The translations under genes were made by a program, and so were the position numbers. From the NCBI GenBank assembly GCA_965223415.1, contig OZ245002.1, positions 3,872,001-3,936,000 on the forward strand: DNA of 64,000 nucleotides, given 5' to 3'. Below the pieces are notes generated by a model. That model had not been told where the DNA came from, ran no database searches, and saw only the letters and a list, made by a program, of their open reading frames with translations. Shown in pieces: positions 28,464 through 40,479 of the stretch. The number at the start of each line of letters is the position of its first letter. Within the stretch, counting starts at the first letter, position 1. The DNA is from Myxococcota bacterium (GTDB lineage Bacteria; Myxococcota_A; UBA9160; UBA6930).

Positions 28464-29165
28464 TCAGGCCAGGAGCGCCAGGAAATCGCCCTCGGTCACG
28501 ATGCCGATCACCCTCTCCCGCTCGACCACGGGAAGGCAGCCGACCTTGTGCTCCATCATCAGGGCGGCCGCGCGGGCGAGGGGCGTGTCGGGCTCGACCA
28601 CGGCCAGGTTCGTGGTCATCACCTGCTTCACGGGCAGGGCCTCGAGGGAGCGCCGGTGCGCCTCCGAGCCCTGGCCGAGGGACCAGGCGAGGGCGCCGTA
28701 GAAGAGGTCCCGTTGGCTGACGACCCCCGTCAGGCGGCCGTCCTCCTCCACCACCACGACGTGCCGGAAGCGGTGGGCCCTCATGAGGCCGTCGGCGACC
28801 GAGAGCATGTCGTTGCGGCCGACGGTCTCGACTTGGCGGGTCATCACGTCCCGGACCAGGAGGTCGCTGTGGAGGACCGCCTTCTCCGCGGCCTCGGGCC
28901 CCGCCGGGGTCTCGGACTCCGGGGCCGGAGTCTCGTCCCCCTCTCTCCAGCGCTCCTGGAGCTCGCGGGCGGCCTCGTCGAGGTCGCCCTTCAAGCGGGA
29001 GACTTCGTCCAGCAAGGCCGTCGTGCTTCGGCAGTCGGTCGTGAGGGTGGCGGCTCCGTCGCGGGTCAGGCCGGCGGTGGCCCCCACCGCGATGCGGGCG
29101 ACCTCGCTCCGCGAGGTTCCCTTGCCGGTCTCGGCGACGTCCAGGGTCAGGCTCTTGTCTGTCAT
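28464..29165 (-). CDS. CBS-domain-pair protein with an uncharacterised N-terminal domain
   Basis: VRDVMT, GVVSQRDL, VKQVMT, GCLPVV, GIVTEGDF; start uncertain. Confidence 0.85.
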   Translation of the reverse strand: MTDKSLTLDVAETGKGTSRSEVARIAVGATAGLTRDGAATLTTDCRSTTALLDEVSRLKGDLDEAARELQERWREGDETPAPESETPAGPEAAEKAVLHSDLLVRDVMTRQVETVGRNDMLSVADGLMRAHRFRHVVVVEEDGRLTGVVSQRDLFYGALAWSLGQGSEAHRRSLEALPVKQVMTTNLAVVEPDTPLARAAALMMEHKVGCLPVVERERVIGIVTEGDFLALLA

Positions 29166-29275
29166 GGGCGTCGAAGATGCAGGATACATGCCCGAAACCG
29201 GCTCGCGGGTCGCTGTGTCGCTTGATTCGGCCACGCGGCTGGAGGACCCTTCGCCCCGAACGCCCGGAGGACGCC

Positions 29276-30091
29276 ATGAGCGAAGAGCGCTTCATCCAGT
29301 ACGAGACCGACGGCCCGGTGGCGACGGTCACCCTCGACCGCCCCAAGGCCCGCAACGCCCAGCACCCCCCGTTCCTGGAGCAGTTCGACGCGGCTCTGAA
29401 GCAGGGCGCGGCCGATCGGGACGTCCGGGTGATCGTGATAAAGGCCAACGGCCCCCACTTCTCCGCCGGCCACGACATCAGCCCCGAGTCCGCCGCCCAC
29501 TTCAAGGACGTGATGGACCCGAGCACCGGCGTCCTCTCCCACTACGCGTGGGAGCAGGAGAACTACCTCGAGATGACGAAGCGCTGGCGGGATCTCCCCA
29601 AGCCCACCCTCGCCGCCGTCCACGGCAAGTGCATCGCCGGGGGCCTCATGCTCTGTTGGCCCATGGACCTGATCGTCGCCTCCGAGGACGCGCTCTTCAG
29701 CGACCCGGTCCTGCGCATGGGCATCGGCGGCGTCGAGTACCACGCCCATCCCTGGGAGCTCGGTGCCCGCAAGGCGAAGGAGTTCCTCTTCACCGGCGAT
29801 TTCATCGACGCCCAGGAGGCTTGGCGCCTCGGCATGGTCAACCACGTCGTGCCGCGGGACGAGCTCGAGGCCAAGACCTACGAGATCGCCGGCAAGATCG
29901 CCCAGATGGACCCCTTTGCCCTGCGCATGGCCAAGCAGTCCGTCAACCGGACCCTCGACGAGATGGGCCAGTGGAACGCCATGCAGGCCGTCTTCGACAT
30001 GCACCACCTCGCCCACGCCCAGTCGCGGATCCTCAACCAGGGCAGCGCGATCCAGGGTCAGACGATCTCTTCGATGAAGGCGGCGAGCTAG
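29276..30091 (+). CDS. Enoyl-CoA hydratase family protein
   Basis: RNAQ, FSAGHDI, KPTLAAVHGKCIAGG; GGAGG RBS. Confidence 0.92.
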   Translation: MSEERFIQYETDGPVATVTLDRPKARNAQHPPFLEQFDAALKQGAADRDVRVIVIKANGPHFSAGHDISPESAAHFKDVMDPSTGVLSHYAWEQENYLEMTKRWRDLPKPTLAAVHGKCIAGGLMLCWPMDLIVASEDALFSDPVLRMGIGGVEYHAHPWELGARKAKEFLFTGDFIDAQEAWRLGMVNHVVPRDELEAKTYEIAGKIAQMDPFALRMAKQSVNRTLDEMGQWNAMQAVFDMHHLAHAQSRILNQGSAIQGQTISSMKAAS

Positions 30092-30147
30092 CCCGACAAC
30101 GCGACAAGCGGAACCGGCCCCTAACGCAACAGGCCCCTAACGCAACA
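30092..30147 (+). repeat. Dispersed intergenic repeat, copy 1, with a 16-bp tandem duplication
   Basis: CCCGACAACGCGACAAGCGGAACCGGCCCCTAACGCAAC; GGCCCCTAACGCAACA at 30116-30131 and 30132-30147. Confidence 0.85.
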
Positions 30148-30159
30148 CCGACCGCAACG

Positions 30160-30828
30160 TCAGCTTGCGATCAGGAGGCGGAGCCGGTTCCCGACCCGCT
30201 CGGCGTAATCCGCGAGGTCGGCGATCCAGAGGATGGTCTGGTGCCAGTAGACGGTGCCGATGCCGAGCTCCTGCTCCATGCCGAAGAGGGTGCGGGCGGC
30301 GCGGTCCTGGAGGACGTCGGTTTCGGTCTCGATGCGGCCGAGCTCGCCGATCATCTCCTCGACCCGAGCGACTTCGCGTTCCCCGAAGCCCGTCTCGACC
30401 AGCTCGTCGAGCTCGTCGATGACGCGCTGGCCCTGCTCGCAAGCGGCGACGACGCGGGCGGCCAGGTCTCGGAAGGGGGCGGCGAGGGGTTCCGGGAGCT
30501 GCATGCTCCGCTGGTCGGCGAGCTCGGCGATGTCCTGGGTGACGTCGGCGATGGAGTCCTGCTGGTCCAGGATGTCGAGCATGTCGCGCCGCTCCATCGC
30601 CATCATCAGGCGGCGCGGCATCTTGCTGCGGATCTCGTTCTTGATCTCGTCGGCCTCGTGCTCGAGCCGGTCGATCTCGGCGCGGGTCCGCTGGAGGGCC
30701 TCGCGATCGCCGGACGCCATGGCCTCGACGAGGGGGATGATCTGGCGGGCGCAGCTCACGGCCGCCTGCATGTGCTGCTGCATGGGGCCGATGGGCGAGC
30801 GGCCCACGAGCTTGTCGATCCAGGACAC
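30160..30828 (-). CDS. DUF47/TIGR00153 phosphate transport regulator (PhoU-like)
   Basis: LEHEADEIK, DQQDSIAD, IADLADYAERVG; downstream of pit; GGAGG before GTG. Confidence 0.9.
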   Translation of the reverse strand: MSWIDKLVGRSPIGPMQQHMQAAVSCARQIIPLVEAMASGDREALQRTRAEIDRLEHEADEIKNEIRSKMPRRLMMAMERRDMLDILDQQDSIADVTQDIAELADQRSMQLPEPLAAPFRDLAARVVAACEQGQRVIDELDELVETGFGEREVARVEEMIGELGRIETETDVLQDRAARTLFGMEQELGIGTVYWHQTILWIADLADYAERVGNRLRLLIAS

Positions 30829-30836
30829 GTCGCCTC

Positions 30837-32084
30837 CTACGGCCCGAGCAGGCCCTTGAAGAAGTAGAAGAAGAAGATGGCCAAGCCGGCGGCGATCGGC
30901 AGGGTGGCGACCCAGGAGGCCACGATGTTGCCTACCACGCGCAGGTCGAGGGCACCGATGCCGCGGGCCAGGCCGACGCCCAGCACCGCACCGACCAGGG
31001 TGTGAGTGGTGGAGACGGGGATGCCGAGTCGCGAGGCCAGCACGATGGTGGTGGCGGCGGCCAGCTCCGCCGCGAAGCCCCGGCTCGGCGTGAGCTCGGT
31101 GATGCGCTTGCCGACGGTCTCCATCACGCGGTAGCCCCAGGTGGCGAGGCCCAGGACGATGCCGAGGCCGCCCACCGCCAGCATCCAGGGCTGGATCGGG
31201 GCCTTCGTCGCGATCTCCCCGCCGTCCAGGGCGCTGACGATCGCCGCCAGCGGGCCGATGGCGTTGGCCACGTCGTTGGAGCCGTGGGCGAAGGCCACGG
31301 CGCAGGCGGTGAGGATCTGGAGCACGACGAAGACGCGCTCGGTCTGGCTGAAGCGGTGGCTCGGGTCCTCTTCGCCGGGCTTCACGCGCCGCAGGAAGAA
31401 GGTGCCGACGGCCATGCCCGCCAGGCCCAGGAGCACCGAGGCGCCCAGGGCCTGCGGGAGGTCGAGGTCGAGCTTCAGGTTCTTCAGGCCCTTGAACAGG
31501 GTGACGAGGCCGATGATGAAGAACACGTAGAAGAAGAAGAACGGCCCGACGCGTCGGACCTGTCGGAGCGGGTCGCTCCGGTTCAGCACGAGGGAGCGGG
31601 TGATCTGGAAGGTGAAGTACGCGAGGACGCCCGAGAGCAGGGGGGAGGTGAGCCAGCTGGCGACGATCTGGCCGACCTTGCCCCACTTCACCGCCTCCGG
31701 GCCGATGGCGACCGCGCCGAAGCCGACGATCGCGCCCACGATCGAGTGGGTCGTCGAGACCGGGAGCCCGTAGCGGGTGGCGCCGAGCAGCAGGGTCGCC
31801 GCCGACGTCAGGGCCGCGAGCATGCCGTAGAGCAGGTGCTCGGAGGAGATCAGCTCCATGTCGAGCATGCCCTTGCGCACCGTGTCGGTGACGTGGCCAC
31901 CGGCCAGGAACGCGCCGCCGAACTCCAGGACGCCCGCAACGACGATGGCGGCGCCGATGGTGAGGGCGCCAGAGCCCACGCTCGTTCCCATCGCATTGGC
32001 AACGTCGTTGGCGCCGATCGCCCAGGCCATGTACAACGCGAGTACGCCGGCCATGGCGATCTCCGGCGCGACTCCGAACGGCAA
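30837..32084 (-). CDS. PiT-family inorganic phosphate transporter
   Basis: GANDVANAMGTSVGS, PVSTTH (twice), HGSNDVANA. Confidence 0.95.
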   Translation of the reverse strand: MPFGVAPEIAMAGVLALYMAWAIGANDVANAMGTSVGSGALTIGAAIVVAGVLEFGGAFLAGGHVTDTVRKGMLDMELISSEHLLYGMLAALTSAATLLLGATRYGLPVSTTHSIVGAIVGFGAVAIGPEAVKWGKVGQIVASWLTSPLLSGVLAYFTFQITRSLVLNRSDPLRQVRRVGPFFFFYVFFIIGLVTLFKGLKNLKLDLDLPQALGASVLLGLAGMAVGTFFLRRVKPGEEDPSHRFSQTERVFVVLQILTACAVAFAHGSNDVANAIGPLAAIVSALDGGEIATKAPIQPWMLAVGGLGIVLGLATWGYRVMETVGKRITELTPSRGFAAELAAATTIVLASRLGIPVSTTHTLVGAVLGVGLARGIGALDLRVVGNIVASWVATLPIAAGLAIFFFYFFKGLLGP

Positions 32085-32188
32085 GTGCGGGCCCTCCCGG
32101 TGAACGGCGCCCAGGGTGTACCTGATTTCCTCCGTCCGTCACAAGATCGTGCGCGAAACGCCACCAGGTCCGCGCCGAGCGCCTGCCC

Positions 32189-32227
32189 GTTGCGTTGGGG
32201 GCCCGTTCCGTTCGTTGCGTTGCCGGG
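32189..32227 (-). repeat. Dispersed intergenic repeat, copy 2
   Basis: Reverse complement CCCGGCAACGCAACGAACGGAACGGGCCCCCAACGCAAC; 33/39 identical to copy 1. Confidence 0.8.
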
Positions 32228-33274
32228 TCAGTTTCGGGCGATGCAGGCTTCGGCGCGGCGGAAGAGGCCCAGGGTCTGGGCGTGGAGGAGATCGCCGATC
32301 GGCTTGGGCGCCTTGCCGGCGCACGCCCGGGCGTGGGTGCCCTCGAGGATGATGCCGAGCTTGTAGCAGGCGAGGACCTCGTACCAGGCGATCGCGTCCA
32401 AGGAGCGGACGGTGCCCCGGCGGTACTGCGCCACCAGCTCGTCGGCGGTCGGAAAGCCATCCCAGGGCTGGATCGCCACCGCGCCGGCGCCGGTGCCGTC
32501 CGGCTGGGGCCAGGTCGCGAGCAGCCAGCCCAGGTCGAGCAGCGGATCGCCGATGGTGCTGAGCTCCCAGTCGACGATGGCCGCTAGCTCCGGGCTCTGG
32601 CGTTCGAAGAGGACGTTCGCCAGGTGGTAGTCCCCGTGCAGGACGCCGGGAGACCACTCACCGGGCTTGTGTCGATCGAGCCACGCGGCCACCCGGTCGA
32701 CGCCGGGAATCTCGGGCCCGCCGTATCCCTCGAGCTCGGAGTAGCTCGCCAGCTGCTTCTGCCAGCGGGGCACCTGTCGTTCGATGTATCCCTCTGGCCG
32801 CCCGAAGCCCTCCAGCCCGACGGCCCGGTAGTCGACCCGGCCGAGTGCGGCGATGCCGTCGACCATCGAGAGCCCCATGCGGTGGCGGACGTGCGGGCTG
32901 CCCGCGTGCAGCTCCGGCATCTCGGTCGGTGCGTGGAAGCCGTCGATCGGCTCCATCAGGTAGAACGCCGCGCCGAGCACGTCCTCCTCGGGACAGGCGG
33001 CGATGAGCGCCGGGTGCGGAACCTCCGAGCCCGCTAGGGCCCCGAGCACCCGCGCCTCCCGGCGCATGGTCTCGTCGCTGTTCGCCCGCTTGTGGAGGGG
33101 CGGCCGGCGCAGCACGAAGGCGTCGCAGCCTCGCCGGAAGCGCAGCAGGATGTTCTGGGTGCCGCCGCCGAGCGGCTCCACCTCCTCGAGGGGTCCGCTT
33201 CCCAGGCCCCGTTCGTCCATCCAGGCGCGCAGGACGTCCAGGTCGACGCCGGGGATCGGGGCGGAATCCGTCAT
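32228..33274 (-). CDS. APH-family phosphotransferase (ACAD10/11 kinase-like)
   Basis: GGTQN, VLRRPP, HGDYHLANV, VDWELSTIGDPLLDLGW. Confidence 0.9.
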   Translation of the reverse strand: MTDSAPIPGVDLDVLRAWMDERGLGSGPLEEVEPLGGGTQNILLRFRRGCDAFVLRRPPLHKRANSDETMRREARVLGALAGSEVPHPALIAACPEEDVLGAAFYLMEPIDGFHAPTEMPELHAGSPHVRHRMGLSMVDGIAALGRVDYRAVGLEGFGRPEGYIERQVPRWQKQLASYSELEGYGGPEIPGVDRVAAWLDRHKPGEWSPGVLHGDYHLANVLFERQSPELAAIVDWELSTIGDPLLDLGWLLATWPQPDGTGAGAVAIQPWDGFPTADELVAQYRRGTVRSLDAIAWYEVLACYKLGIILEGTHARACAGKAPKPIGDLLHAQTLGLFRRAEACIARN

Positions 33275-33419
33275 GGCGGCGCAACGGTACCCGACCCGCG
33301 CGTTCGGGGGAGATTCGCCCCGCGGGGGAAGGCCCGCTCGACGGGTTGGCCATTCCGGCGCAGCCTGTCCGAATCGGGCGTTCCCGGTCGTAGTACGCCC
33401 GCGCTCACAGGAGGCATCC

Positions 33420-33809
33420 ATGCCCATTCCGATCACGGGTCTCTACCTGGCCATCTTCGCGGTGATGTCCGGCATCCTGGCCTTCCCGGCCGGGAGACTG
33501 CGCGGCTCCACCGGGATCTCCGTCGGCGATGGCGGCAACCCGGAGCTGCTGCTGGCGATGCGCCGTCACGCCAACTTCGTCGAGTACGTGCCGCTCCTGC
33601 TGGTGATGTTCGCCGCGCTGGAGCTCGGCGGGGCCTCGGCGGGGCTGCTCCACGGGCTCGGCCTCGCGCTCGTCGTCGCGCGCATCTGCCACGCCGTCGG
33701 GCTCAAGGCGGACTCCGTCCAGGGCGCCCTGCGCGGCGTCGGGGCCGGTGGCACGCTGCTGATCACCCTCGTCGCCGCGGGGGCGTTGGTGATGCAGTTC
33801 CTCGCCTGA
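33420..33809 (+). CDS. MAPEG-family membrane protein
   Basis: GDGG...MRRHANFVEYVP...RICH; AGGAGG RBS. Confidence 0.9.
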   Translation: MPIPITGLYLAIFAVMSGILAFPAGRLRGSTGISVGDGGNPELLLAMRRHANFVEYVPLLLVMFAALELGGASAGLLHGLGLALVVARICHAVGLKADSVQGALRGVGAGGTLLITLVAAGALVMQFLA

Positions 33810-33868
33810 GGCCCGCGGCCTGAACTCGGCAGCTTGACGCCGGCTGCGGCGCATGGAGACTTGCCTCC

Positions 33869-35041
33869 ATGCAGGGATCCGCGGCCGTCGTCGGCGTTGG
33901 CGAATCGGCGTACTACGTGCGCGGCCGGTCGCCGGACACCGAGTTCCAGCTCGCTTGCACCGCGATCCGACACGCCGTCGAGGATTCTGGCCTCGCCCTG
34001 GAGGACGTCGACGGCATCGTCTCCTACATGGATCAGCGCAACGATCCCATGCGCCTGGCCGCGGCCCTGGGAATCCGGGAGCTGCGCTGGACCGGCCAGC
34101 CCTTCGGCGGCGGAGGCAACAACGCGGCCGCCGCCGTCCAGCTGGCCGACGCCGCCGTCACGGCCGGCTACGCCCGCCACGTGGTGGCGTTCCGCGCCCT
34201 GGCCCAGGGGCAGTTCGGCCGCTTCGGCCAGGCCGGCGCGGGCGCCGGCCGCGGCGGCGCCATCGGAGGACCCATGGCCTGGTCCGCGGCCTACGGCCTG
34301 CTCTCGCCGGCCCAGGAGTGCGCGCTCCACACGCGACGCTTCCTGCACGACCACGGCATCTCCCAGGAGGCCCTCTGCGAGATCGCGCTCGCATGCTATG
34401 CCAACGCCCAGCGCAACCCGCGTGCCCTGCGGGGCGGCCGGCCCCTCACCCGCGAGGCCTATCATGCCTCCCGATGGATCGTGGAGCCCTTCCATCTCTA
34501 CGATTGCTGTCCCGAGAACGACGGTGCCGCGGCGGTGGTCGTCACCTCGGCCGAGCGCGCCCGCGATCTCGCGAAGCCACCGGTGGCGATCGCCGCCGCC
34601 GCCCAGGGCTACGGGCCGCGCTTCGGCAGCGCCGCCTTCCAGCCCGCCCACTTCCCCGGCGTCTTCTACCGCGAGGCCGCCCGGGATCTCTGGGACCGGG
34701 CCGGGGTGGAGCCCAGAGACGTCTCCGTCGCGCAGTTCTACGAGAACTTCACCGGCCCCGTCCTGATGGCGCTGGTCGAGATGGGCTTCTGCGCCGCCGA
34801 CGAGGTGGAGGCCTTCGTCGCCGACGGCGCCCTGGCCGGGCCGGACGCCCGGCTCCCCTTCAACACGAGCGGCGGCAACCTGGGCGAGGCCTACATCCAC
34901 GGCTTCGAGCTGGTGAACGAGGCCGTCCGCCAGGTGCGCGGCGAGTCGACCTGCCAGGTGGAAGACGTCGAGCACTCTCTGGTGGTGGGCGGACCCGGCT
35001 ATGCGCCCGCGAGCACCGTGCTCTTCGAGAGGGCCCGATGA
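33869..35041 (+). CDS. Thiolase-fold (SCP-x/Ltp2-like) protein
   Basis: DCCPENDGAAA, QFYENF, NTSGGNLGEAYIHG. Confidence 0.88.
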   Translation: MQGSAAVVGVGESAYYVRGRSPDTEFQLACTAIRHAVEDSGLALEDVDGIVSYMDQRNDPMRLAAALGIRELRWTGQPFGGGGNNAAAAVQLADAAVTAGYARHVVAFRALAQGQFGRFGQAGAGAGRGGAIGGPMAWSAAYGLLSPAQECALHTRRFLHDHGISQEALCEIALACYANAQRNPRALRGGRPLTREAYHASRWIVEPFHLYDCCPENDGAAAVVVTSAERARDLAKPPVAIAAAAQGYGPRFGSAAFQPAHFPGVFYREAARDLWDRAGVEPRDVSVAQFYENFTGPVLMALVEMGFCAADEVEAFVADGALAGPDARLPFNTSGGNLGEAYIHGFELVNEAVRQVRGESTCQVEDVEHSLVVGGPGYAPASTVLFERAR

Positions 35042-35448
35042 GCCGCGTGCTGGGCGATGGCTGGCTGGTCCCGGCACTCGACGACGGCAACCGGGCCTTC
35101 TTCACCCGCGGCGCCGTCGTGCTGCGCCGCTGCGAGGACTGCGGTGTGCTCTCCCATCCGCCGGACGATGTATGCGGCAGCTGCCAGGGCACCCGCTTCG
35201 GCGAGTTCGAGAGCGCGGGCCGGGGCCGGATCGAGAGCGTCGCCGTGGTCCACCACCCGGTGCACCCGGCGCTGGCGGACGCGTGCCCCTACGCCGTCGT
35301 CGTGGTCTCCCTCGACGACGCGCCGACGGTCCACCTGATCGGCAATGTCGTCGGAACGCCGCCCGGGGAGATCGCCATCGGCCAGGCGGTTCGTGCCGTG
35401 TTCGAGGAGGTCGGGGAGCTGCGCATCCCGCAGTGGGAGCCCTGCTGA
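35038..35448 (+). CDS. DUF35 Zn-ribbon/OB-fold protein (ChsH2-like)
   Basis: CEDC...HPP..VCGSC, PYAVVVVSL; ATGA overlap with the thiolase-fold gene. Confidence 0.9.
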   Translation: MSRVLGDGWLVPALDDGNRAFFTRGAVVLRRCEDCGVLSHPPDDVCGSCQGTRFGEFESAGRGRIESVAVVHHPVHPALADACPYAVVVVSLDDAPTVHLIGNVVGTPPGEIAIGQAVRAVFEEVGELRIPQWEPC

Positions 35449-35481
35449 GGCGCTCGCGATAGACTGGGCCCGGGAGGAGCC

Positions 35482-35970
35482 ATGGGCGTCGAAGTCAACG
35501 GGATCGCACATCTCCAGCTGACCGTGCGGGATCCGGACCGCTGCATCCCGTTCTGGGAGAAGCTGTGCCATTTCCTCGAGATGAAGACGCTCATCAAAGG
35601 CGACGACATCGTCTACTGCATCGGCAGCCGCACGGGCATCCTCGTGCGGGGCGCGCCGCCAGACAAGCGCGACGTCGCCTTCGACCAGGAGCGCCCGGGG
35701 CTCCACCACCTGTGCTTCCGGGCCCGTCAGCGCGAGGACGTGGACGCGATCTTCGCCTTCGCCCGGGACGATCTCGGCGCCACCGTCGTCCACGGGCCCG
35801 AGGAGGGCGGCTTCGCGCCGGGCTACTACTCCATCCTGCTCGAGGACCCGGACGGCATTCGCATCGAGGTGAACTTCGTTCCGGGCAAGGGGCACCTGGG
35901 GAAGGGCGGCCGGCTGGGCGAGGGCGGCGACGGCGTCGCCACCGAGTACGGCGAGGAGGGCCTCGGCTGA
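35482..35970 (+). CDS. VOC/glyoxalase-family protein
   Basis: IAHLQLTV, GLHHLCF, YYSILLEDPDGIRIEV. Confidence 0.9.
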   Translation: MGVEVNGIAHLQLTVRDPDRCIPFWEKLCHFLEMKTLIKGDDIVYCIGSRTGILVRGAPPDKRDVAFDQERPGLHHLCFRARQREDVDAIFAFARDDLGATVVHGPEEGGFAPGYYSILLEDPDGIRIEVNFVPGKGHLGKGGRLGEGGDGVATEYGEEGLG

Positions 35971-36749
35971 TGGCCGAAGGCCTGTTCAACTACCTCGCGC
36001 CCATGGACGAGCGCCCCTACTACTACGTCGGCTCGCCGCCGGAGGGCAGGCCGTGGCGCAACACCCGGGGCGATCGTCGCCGCCTGCCGGTGGCGGACGC
36101 CCGGCAGGCCACCGAAGCCAGCCTCGACCGCGAGGGCTTCGCGCTAGCGCGGCTCGTGAGTGCGGCGGACCCGTGGGATCCCAGGGACGTTCGCGGGCGC
36201 TACCTCCCTGAGGTCGAGGCGTTGGTGCGCGAGGCGACGGGCGCGGCCCGCGTCGTGGCCTTCGACCACAACGTGCGCTCCGAGGCCCGGGCCGACGGCG
36301 CCCAGGCCCCGGTCCGCTTCGTCCACAACGACTACACGCTGGGCTCGGGCCCCCAGCGGGTGCGCGACCTCATGCCCGCCGACGAGGTGGACGAGCTGCT
36401 CGCGCGGCGCTTCGCGGTCATCAACGTCTGGAAGCCGATCGCCCGCCCCGTGCAGCGGGCACCGCTCGGCTTCCTCGACGCGCGGAGCCTCGTGCAGGAG
36501 GACTTCGTCGCGACGGACCTGCGCTACCCGGAGCGGACCGGCGAGGTCTACTCGCTGCTCTGGCGCGAGGCCCATCGTTGGGCCCACTACCCGGAGATGC
36601 AGCCGGACGAGGCCCTGCTCCTGAAGTGCTACGACTCCGCCGCGGACCGGGCCCGCTTCACCGCCCACTCGGCCTTCGACGATCCGGCCACTCCCGAACA
36701 CGCACCGGCCCGTGAGAGCATTGAGGTCCGGACCCTGGCGTTCTTCTAG
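35970..36749 (+). CDS. CmcJ/NvfI (AsaB-like) family oxidoreductase
   Basis: SLDREGF, FDHNVR, VHNDYT, INVWKPI, TAHSAF, RESIEVR. Confidence 0.85.
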   Translation: MAEGLFNYLAPMDERPYYYVGSPPEGRPWRNTRGDRRRLPVADARQATEASLDREGFALARLVSAADPWDPRDVRGRYLPEVEALVREATGAARVVAFDHNVRSEARADGAQAPVRFVHNDYTLGSGPQRVRDLMPADEVDELLARRFAVINVWKPIARPVQRAPLGFLDARSLVQEDFVATDLRYPERTGEVYSLLWREAHRWAHYPEMQPDEALLLKCYDSAADRARFTAHSAFDDPATPEHAPARESIEVRTLAFF

Positions 36750-36751
36750 CC

Positions 36752-37867
36752 ATGGCCGACGACCCGATCACCCAGGTCGAGAGCGGCGAGGCCTGGCACG
36801 CCTTCTGCGATCTGCTGAAGCAGGCCGGCGACGTCCTGCAGCGCGAAGAGCTGCGCGCGACGACCTTCGATCGCGCCGAGGGGATGCGCTACCTGAGCCG
36901 CCTGCTGCGGGCGGGGCTGGTCGCCTTCGCCGAGGGCACGGGCCCCCTGCACCCGGAGTTCCGGGCCCTGCCGGAGCTCGTGAAGATGGGCCTCGACAAC
37001 CCGGACAACTGGTATCTCTCGGCTTCGGTGAACGCCCGCCACCGCTACCGCATCCAGGGACGCCGCGGCACGATCCACTACTTGAGCTTCGCGGCCCAGA
37101 GCCAGAACTTCGCAAAGCGGGATCGCATCACCGGCGGCGCTGGCCACCTGAACGACGCGGAGCTCGTGCTCGACGACGACGGCTGCTTCGAGATCCTCGC
37201 CAGCCAGGAGCCGCCGGAGGCCCCGGGCGTGAGCTGGCTGCGCATGAGCCCGGACACCACCCAGATCCTGCTGCGCCAGACCTTCCTGCGGCGCGCTCGC
37301 GAACGGCCGGTGGAGGCCTCGATCGAGTGTCTCGACCACGAGGAGGCCCCGGCGCCCCTCGACCCGGCGCGGGTGCCCGGCCAGCTCATGGGTGCCGCCC
37401 TGTACGCGATCGGCTGTGCCCAGTGGTTTGCCGACTGGGTGGTGGGCTTCCTCGAGAAGGCGCCCGTGAACGCATTCCATCTCCCGGACGCCGAGAGCCA
37501 CCGCTTCGTGGGCGGCGACCCGAACATCGTGATCCCCCTGGGCTACTGGCGGCTCGCCCCCGACGAGGCCCTGGTGATCGAGGCGCCGGTGCCTGCCTGC
37601 CACTACTGGAACTTCCAGCTCGGCAACGTGTGGGCGGAATCGCTCGACTACCGCAATCGCCGGGTCCACCTGAACAGCGCCGATGCGGTGGTGGGGGACG
37701 ACGGCGTGGTGCAGATCGTGGTCGCCGCCCGTGACCCGGGGCACCCCAACTGGATGGACACGGCCGGTCACGACCACGGCACCATGGGATTCCGCTGGGT
37801 CCGGGCCGACGCCCACCCGATCCCCACCACCCGGGTCGTGCCGCTCGGGAGCCTGACGCGCGCCTAG
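36752..37867 (+). CDS. DUF1214-like protein
   Basis: [23 protein letters not shown]...RW. Confidence 0.8.
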   Translation: MADDPITQVESGEAWHAFCDLLKQAGDVLQREELRATTFDRAEGMRYLSRLLRAGLVAFAEGTGPLHPEFRALPELVKMGLDNPDNWYLSASVNARHRYRIQGRRGTIHYLSFAAQSQNFAKRDRITGGAGHLNDAELVLDDDGCFEILASQEPPEAPGVSWLRMSPDTTQILLRQTFLRRARERPVEASIECLDHEEAPAPLDPARVPGQLMGAALYAIGCAQWFADWVVGFLEKAPVNAFHLPDAESHRFVGGDPNIVIPLGYWRLAPDEALVIEAPVPACHYWNFQLGNVWAESLDYRNRRVHLNSADAVVGDDGVVQIVVAARDPGHPNWMDTAGHDHGTMGFRWVRADAHPIPTTRVVPLGSLTRA

Positions 37868-37980
37868 GCTGTTCGAAACGGCGTTCGATTTCCTTCGCGT
37901 TTCGAGGGGGTTGCAAACCCGTTACCCTCCGCGCCGTCCGGAAGCCCCTCATCTCGGGGGGGCCGATCCACGGAGGATGG

Positions 37981-39986
<2,006 letters not shown>

Positions 39987-39996
<10 letters not shown>

Positions 39997-40019
39997 GGGT
40001 CGGTTCCGCTTGTTGCGTT
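39987..40019 (-). repeat. Dispersed repeat, copy 3 (contains the tkt stop codon)
   Basis: Reverse complement AACGCAACAAGCGGAACCGACCCCTAACGCAAC; 31/33 identical to the copy 1 core. Confidence 0.85.
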
Positions 40020-40105
40020 CCCTCCGGGGAGCGCGCGGCGGTTCTGGCAAAAGGCCGGGCCGGGTGTTACCGATGAGCCCCTTTCACGGGAGGCCGGAAC
40101 GGCAG

Positions 40106-40417
40106 ATGATCGACTCCTCGATCCTTTGGAACGTGGGCTGGAGCGCGGTGGCCGCCATGGTGCTCGGCTGGCTCGTCGTGTCCTTCGTGCCCGCCGGCCG
40201 CGGCAAGGCGCTGCTGGCCCGGCTGACCGCCATCGCCATGTACGTGGCGTTCCTCTGCCTGTTCACGGCGGGCTTCCAGCGCACCGAGAGCACGGTGGGA
40301 ACGCTCGGCTTCGGCTTCCTGGTGGGCCTGTTCGCCGCGGGCTTCCTCGTCAGCCTCTGGAAGGGCGTGCAGGAACTCGCGGGCGGCGCATCCGCGGGGG
40401 AGCACGCCGCCCACTAG
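40106..40417 (+). CDS. Small hypothetical membrane protein (3 TM)
   Basis: Three hydrophobic stretches; coding-like codon usage. Confidence 0.7.
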   Translation: MIDSSILWNVGWSAVAAMVLGWLVVSFVPAGRGKALLARLTAIAMYVAFLCLFTAGFQRTESTVGTLGFGFLVGLFAAGFLVSLWKGVQELAGGASAGEHAAH

Positions 40418-40479
40418 CAGCTGCCCGCCATGAAGTTGCTGTCGAGGGTCCGGGGGCGAATCTGAGTCAGGTGGACGGG

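Noticed and set aside
30092..30160. Possible mini-CRISPR array
   Set aside because: Only an adjacent 16-bp tandem duplication with no spacers and no cas genes; reported instead as a dispersed repeat.
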